In this document: positions 42,302 through 43,820 of the stretch, piece by piece
Layout of the letters: every line of letters starts with the position of its first letter
How positions within the stretch are numbered: the first letter of the stretch is position 1
Origin: an uncultured bacterium
GTDB lineage: Bacteria; Patescibacteriota; Minisyncoccia; Phycocordibacterales; PALSA-1337
DNA: 43,820 nucleotides
Direction: 5' to 3'
Assembly: GCA_903902315.1 (NCBI GenBank)
Contig: CAIUUK010000038.1
Location: 1 to 43,820 of the forward strand
The notes under the pieces: generated by a model
Databases searched by the model: none
What the model was told of the DNA's origin: nothing
The model's input: only the letters and a program-made list of their open reading frames with translations
Made by a program: the position numbers and the translations under genes

Positions 42302-42372
42302 GCGGGACTAGTTAATCGGTATAACAACAGTTTTCCAAACTGTGGTGGGGAGTTCGATTCTCCCGTCCCGCA
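42302..42372 (+). tRNA. tRNA-Gly (anticodon TCC)
   Basis: 71 nt. Acceptor GCGGGAC/GTCCCGC, anticodon stem ACAGT/ACTGT with loop TTTCCAA, T-arm GGGAG-TTCGATT-CTCCC. Confidence 0.9.
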
Positions 42373-42403
42373 CCGAATTAGTATAGATTAATTTATACAT
42401 ATT

Positions 42404-42976
42404 ATGAGCAAAAGACTTTTTGTAGTTCATGGTTGGGAGGGAAGTTCAAGTGAGCCGATGATCGCTTGGTTCGGTAAGGTTGGTTCTGAATTTGGTTTTG
42501 AAACAGTTGTCTTGGATATGCCAAATCCTAGTGTGCCTACTATAGATGCTTGGACAAAGCATTTAGAAGACAACGTTTATTACGTTGATCAGGAAACTTA
42601 TTTTGTAGGTCACAGTCTCGGTTGCCAGGCTATCTTACGCTACCTAGAAATGAATAAAGGTTCACAGCTTGGTGGAGTAATACTTGTTGCACCAGCTTTA
42701 CGTATTTCTGGACTTGAAAATCAAGTTGAAGAGGACATAGCTCGACCATGGGTCGATAGACCGATAGATTTTGCTGGGATTCGAAGTATGAATGGAAAGT
42801 TCGCTACATTTTTTTCAGATAATGACAAATTTGTGCACGTAGATGAGAATAAGGAAATAATTGAAAAGAGCTTAGGTGGACAAATTATTATTGAACATGC
42901 AAAAGGTCATTTCACGAGAGATGATGGTGTGACAGATTTGCCAGTTGCAAAGGAGATTTTGGAAGGGTGGAAGTAG
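42404..42976 (+). CDS. Alpha/beta serine hydrolase (YdeN/RBBP9-like)
   Basis: 190 aa with LFVVHGWEGSS, the nucleophile elbow FVGHSLGCQ, and a C-terminal GHF. Size and motif order fit the small Ser_hydrolase family. Confidence 0.6.
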   Translation: MSKRLFVVHGWEGSSSEPMIAWFGKVGSEFGFETVVLDMPNPSVPTIDAWTKHLEDNVYYVDQETYFVGHSLGCQAILRYLEMNKGSQLGGVILVAPALRISGLENQVEEDIARPWVDRPIDFAGIRSMNGKFATFFSDNDKFVHVDENKEIIEKSLGGQIIIEHAKGHFTRDDGVTDLPVAKEILEGWK

Positions 42977-43003
42977 GAATAATTGTTATTACCGATTACT
43001 TAT

Positions 43004-43636
43004 ATGCCTTACTACGTCAAAAGTTTTGATAGTGATTACACGACCAAGACTCTAGTTGGTGAGGAGAAAGTTGTGTGCCAGACACTCGATGAGGTTTTGA
43101 AAGAAAAAGTGTTGAAGCCAAACACTTGCAGTTTCAAACAAGAGAAACGTTTGAGTACAACAATCCTCCATCAACAGTATACAAAGACGTATCGTCCTCA
43201 AGGAATCATTTTTACTACTGACGAGATTCCAGAATATGTATTGCCTTTTGATCTAATCCTGGTTACTCAGAGTGAAAAGATCTTGGTTCACTATTATCGT
43301 ATGCGTGATAATCTGCACGAGTTCTATAATCATTCACTCATTCCAGGGTACGAACAGTTCATCTTCAAAGATTTGGATAGTTTGATTAAAAAATTTAATT
43401 CACCTGAAGAAGCGTGGAAAGCTGTAAATAACTTTCGTGTTGCCAATGGTCAAAAGAAATTACCTCGTACCAAGTCCCGCTTGTGTTCATATAACGAAGC
43501 CGTTTTCCTGAAAGAAATAAAAATACAACCAGTTGCTGTCTTTGGTTATACTAAACCCGCTAAAACTATTGCTGATAAGTTCGGTCTACCTCATTTCAAG
43601 TCAGCGGGGGATTTTTGGAGTAAGACGGCTATATAG
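43004..43636 (+). CDS. Hypothetical protein
   Basis: ORF 42983-43636, with the first ATG at 43004 (MPYYVKSF...). No family recognised. Confidence 0.45.
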   Translation: MPYYVKSFDSDYTTKTLVGEEKVVCQTLDEVLKEKVLKPNTCSFKQEKRLSTTILHQQYTKTYRPQGIIFTTDEIPEYVLPFDLILVTQSEKILVHYYRMRDNLHEFYNHSLIPGYEQFIFKDLDSLIKKFNSPEEAWKAVNNFRVANGQKKLPRTKSRLCSYNEAVFLKEIKIQPVAVFGYTKPAKTIADKFGLPHFKSAGDFWSKTAI

Positions 43637-43652
43637 GGACGTTTTGGTCTAA

Positions 43653-43682
43653 TTGACAATGTGGCGTATTATATGCTATAAT
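43653..43682 (+). promoter_or_regulatory. Sigma70-type promoter (-35 TTGACA, 18-nt spacer, -10 TATAAT)
   Basis: TTGACA 43653-43658 and TATAAT 43677-43682 are both consensus hexamers. They lie about 48 nt upstream of a GTG start preceded by GGAGG. Confidence 0.5.
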
Positions 43683-43729
43683 TGTACTCAGCAGTTAAAC
43701 AATAACCTTTAACAATACGGAGGTACAAA

Positions 43730-43820
43730 GTGAATACAATCCTGAATCTACTCGGGAGCGCTTCACTATGTGTCGCTCCCGTTCTTTTCATCATTGGCTC
43801 GCTCAAAAAAGAGGGCGACC
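43730..43820 (+). CDS. 5' end of a hydrophobic (membrane) protein, truncated by the window end
   Basis: GTG at 43730 with GGAGG 7 nt upstream gives VNTILNLLGSASLCVAPVLFIIGSLKKEGD.... The frame is open to the end of the window. Confidence 0.35.
   Translation, partial: MNTILNLLGSASLCVAPVLFIIGSLKKEGD

Noticed and set aside
1-43820. CRISPR arrays, rRNA genes, IS elements/transposases, prophage blocks
   Set aside because: Reading the intergenic regions showed no regularly spaced direct repeats of 24-40 bp. No ORF carried transposase (DDE), Cas, capsid or terminase-like motifs.

Overview
This is a low-GC, gene-dense bacterial chromosome segment. Gene content and style suggest a Candidate Phyla Radiation / Patescibacteria-type genome; that is inference and no database search was possible. 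The window opens on the replication-origin neighbourhood: ruvC 3' end, class A PBP, DUF721/DciA-like, dnaN, dnaA, then divergent rpmH-rnpA-yidC. Next comes an 11-gene, single-strand, tightly packed operon (7686-20073, minus strand). It encodes a minimal Gram-positive-type type IV secretion/pilus-like apparatus: VirB2-like pilin, VirB4 ATPase, PrgI/VirB3-like and VirB6/TrbL-like proteins, plus seven unassigned secreted, membrane or cytoplasmic proteins. No coupling protein, relaxase or VirB11 is visible. This operon is the main candidate system. Housekeeping genes follow: rsmA, pcrA/uvrD, LysM-M23 peptidase, comM/yifB, DksA-like and pnp. The usual rpsO-pnp pair is separated by about 5 kb of accessory genes, including a visibly GC-rich methyltransferase and a proteobacterial-style beta-barrel protein gene. 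The rest holds a Xer recombinase, xth, an unusual 650-bp ORF-poor gap rich in palindromes, cca, a LAGLIDADG-like ORF, four tRNAs, yraN and small hypothetical genes. No CRISPR array, rRNA or recognisable transposase was seen. All calls come from reading the supplied ORF translations and the sequence by eye. Family assignments are motif-level recognitions, not search results.
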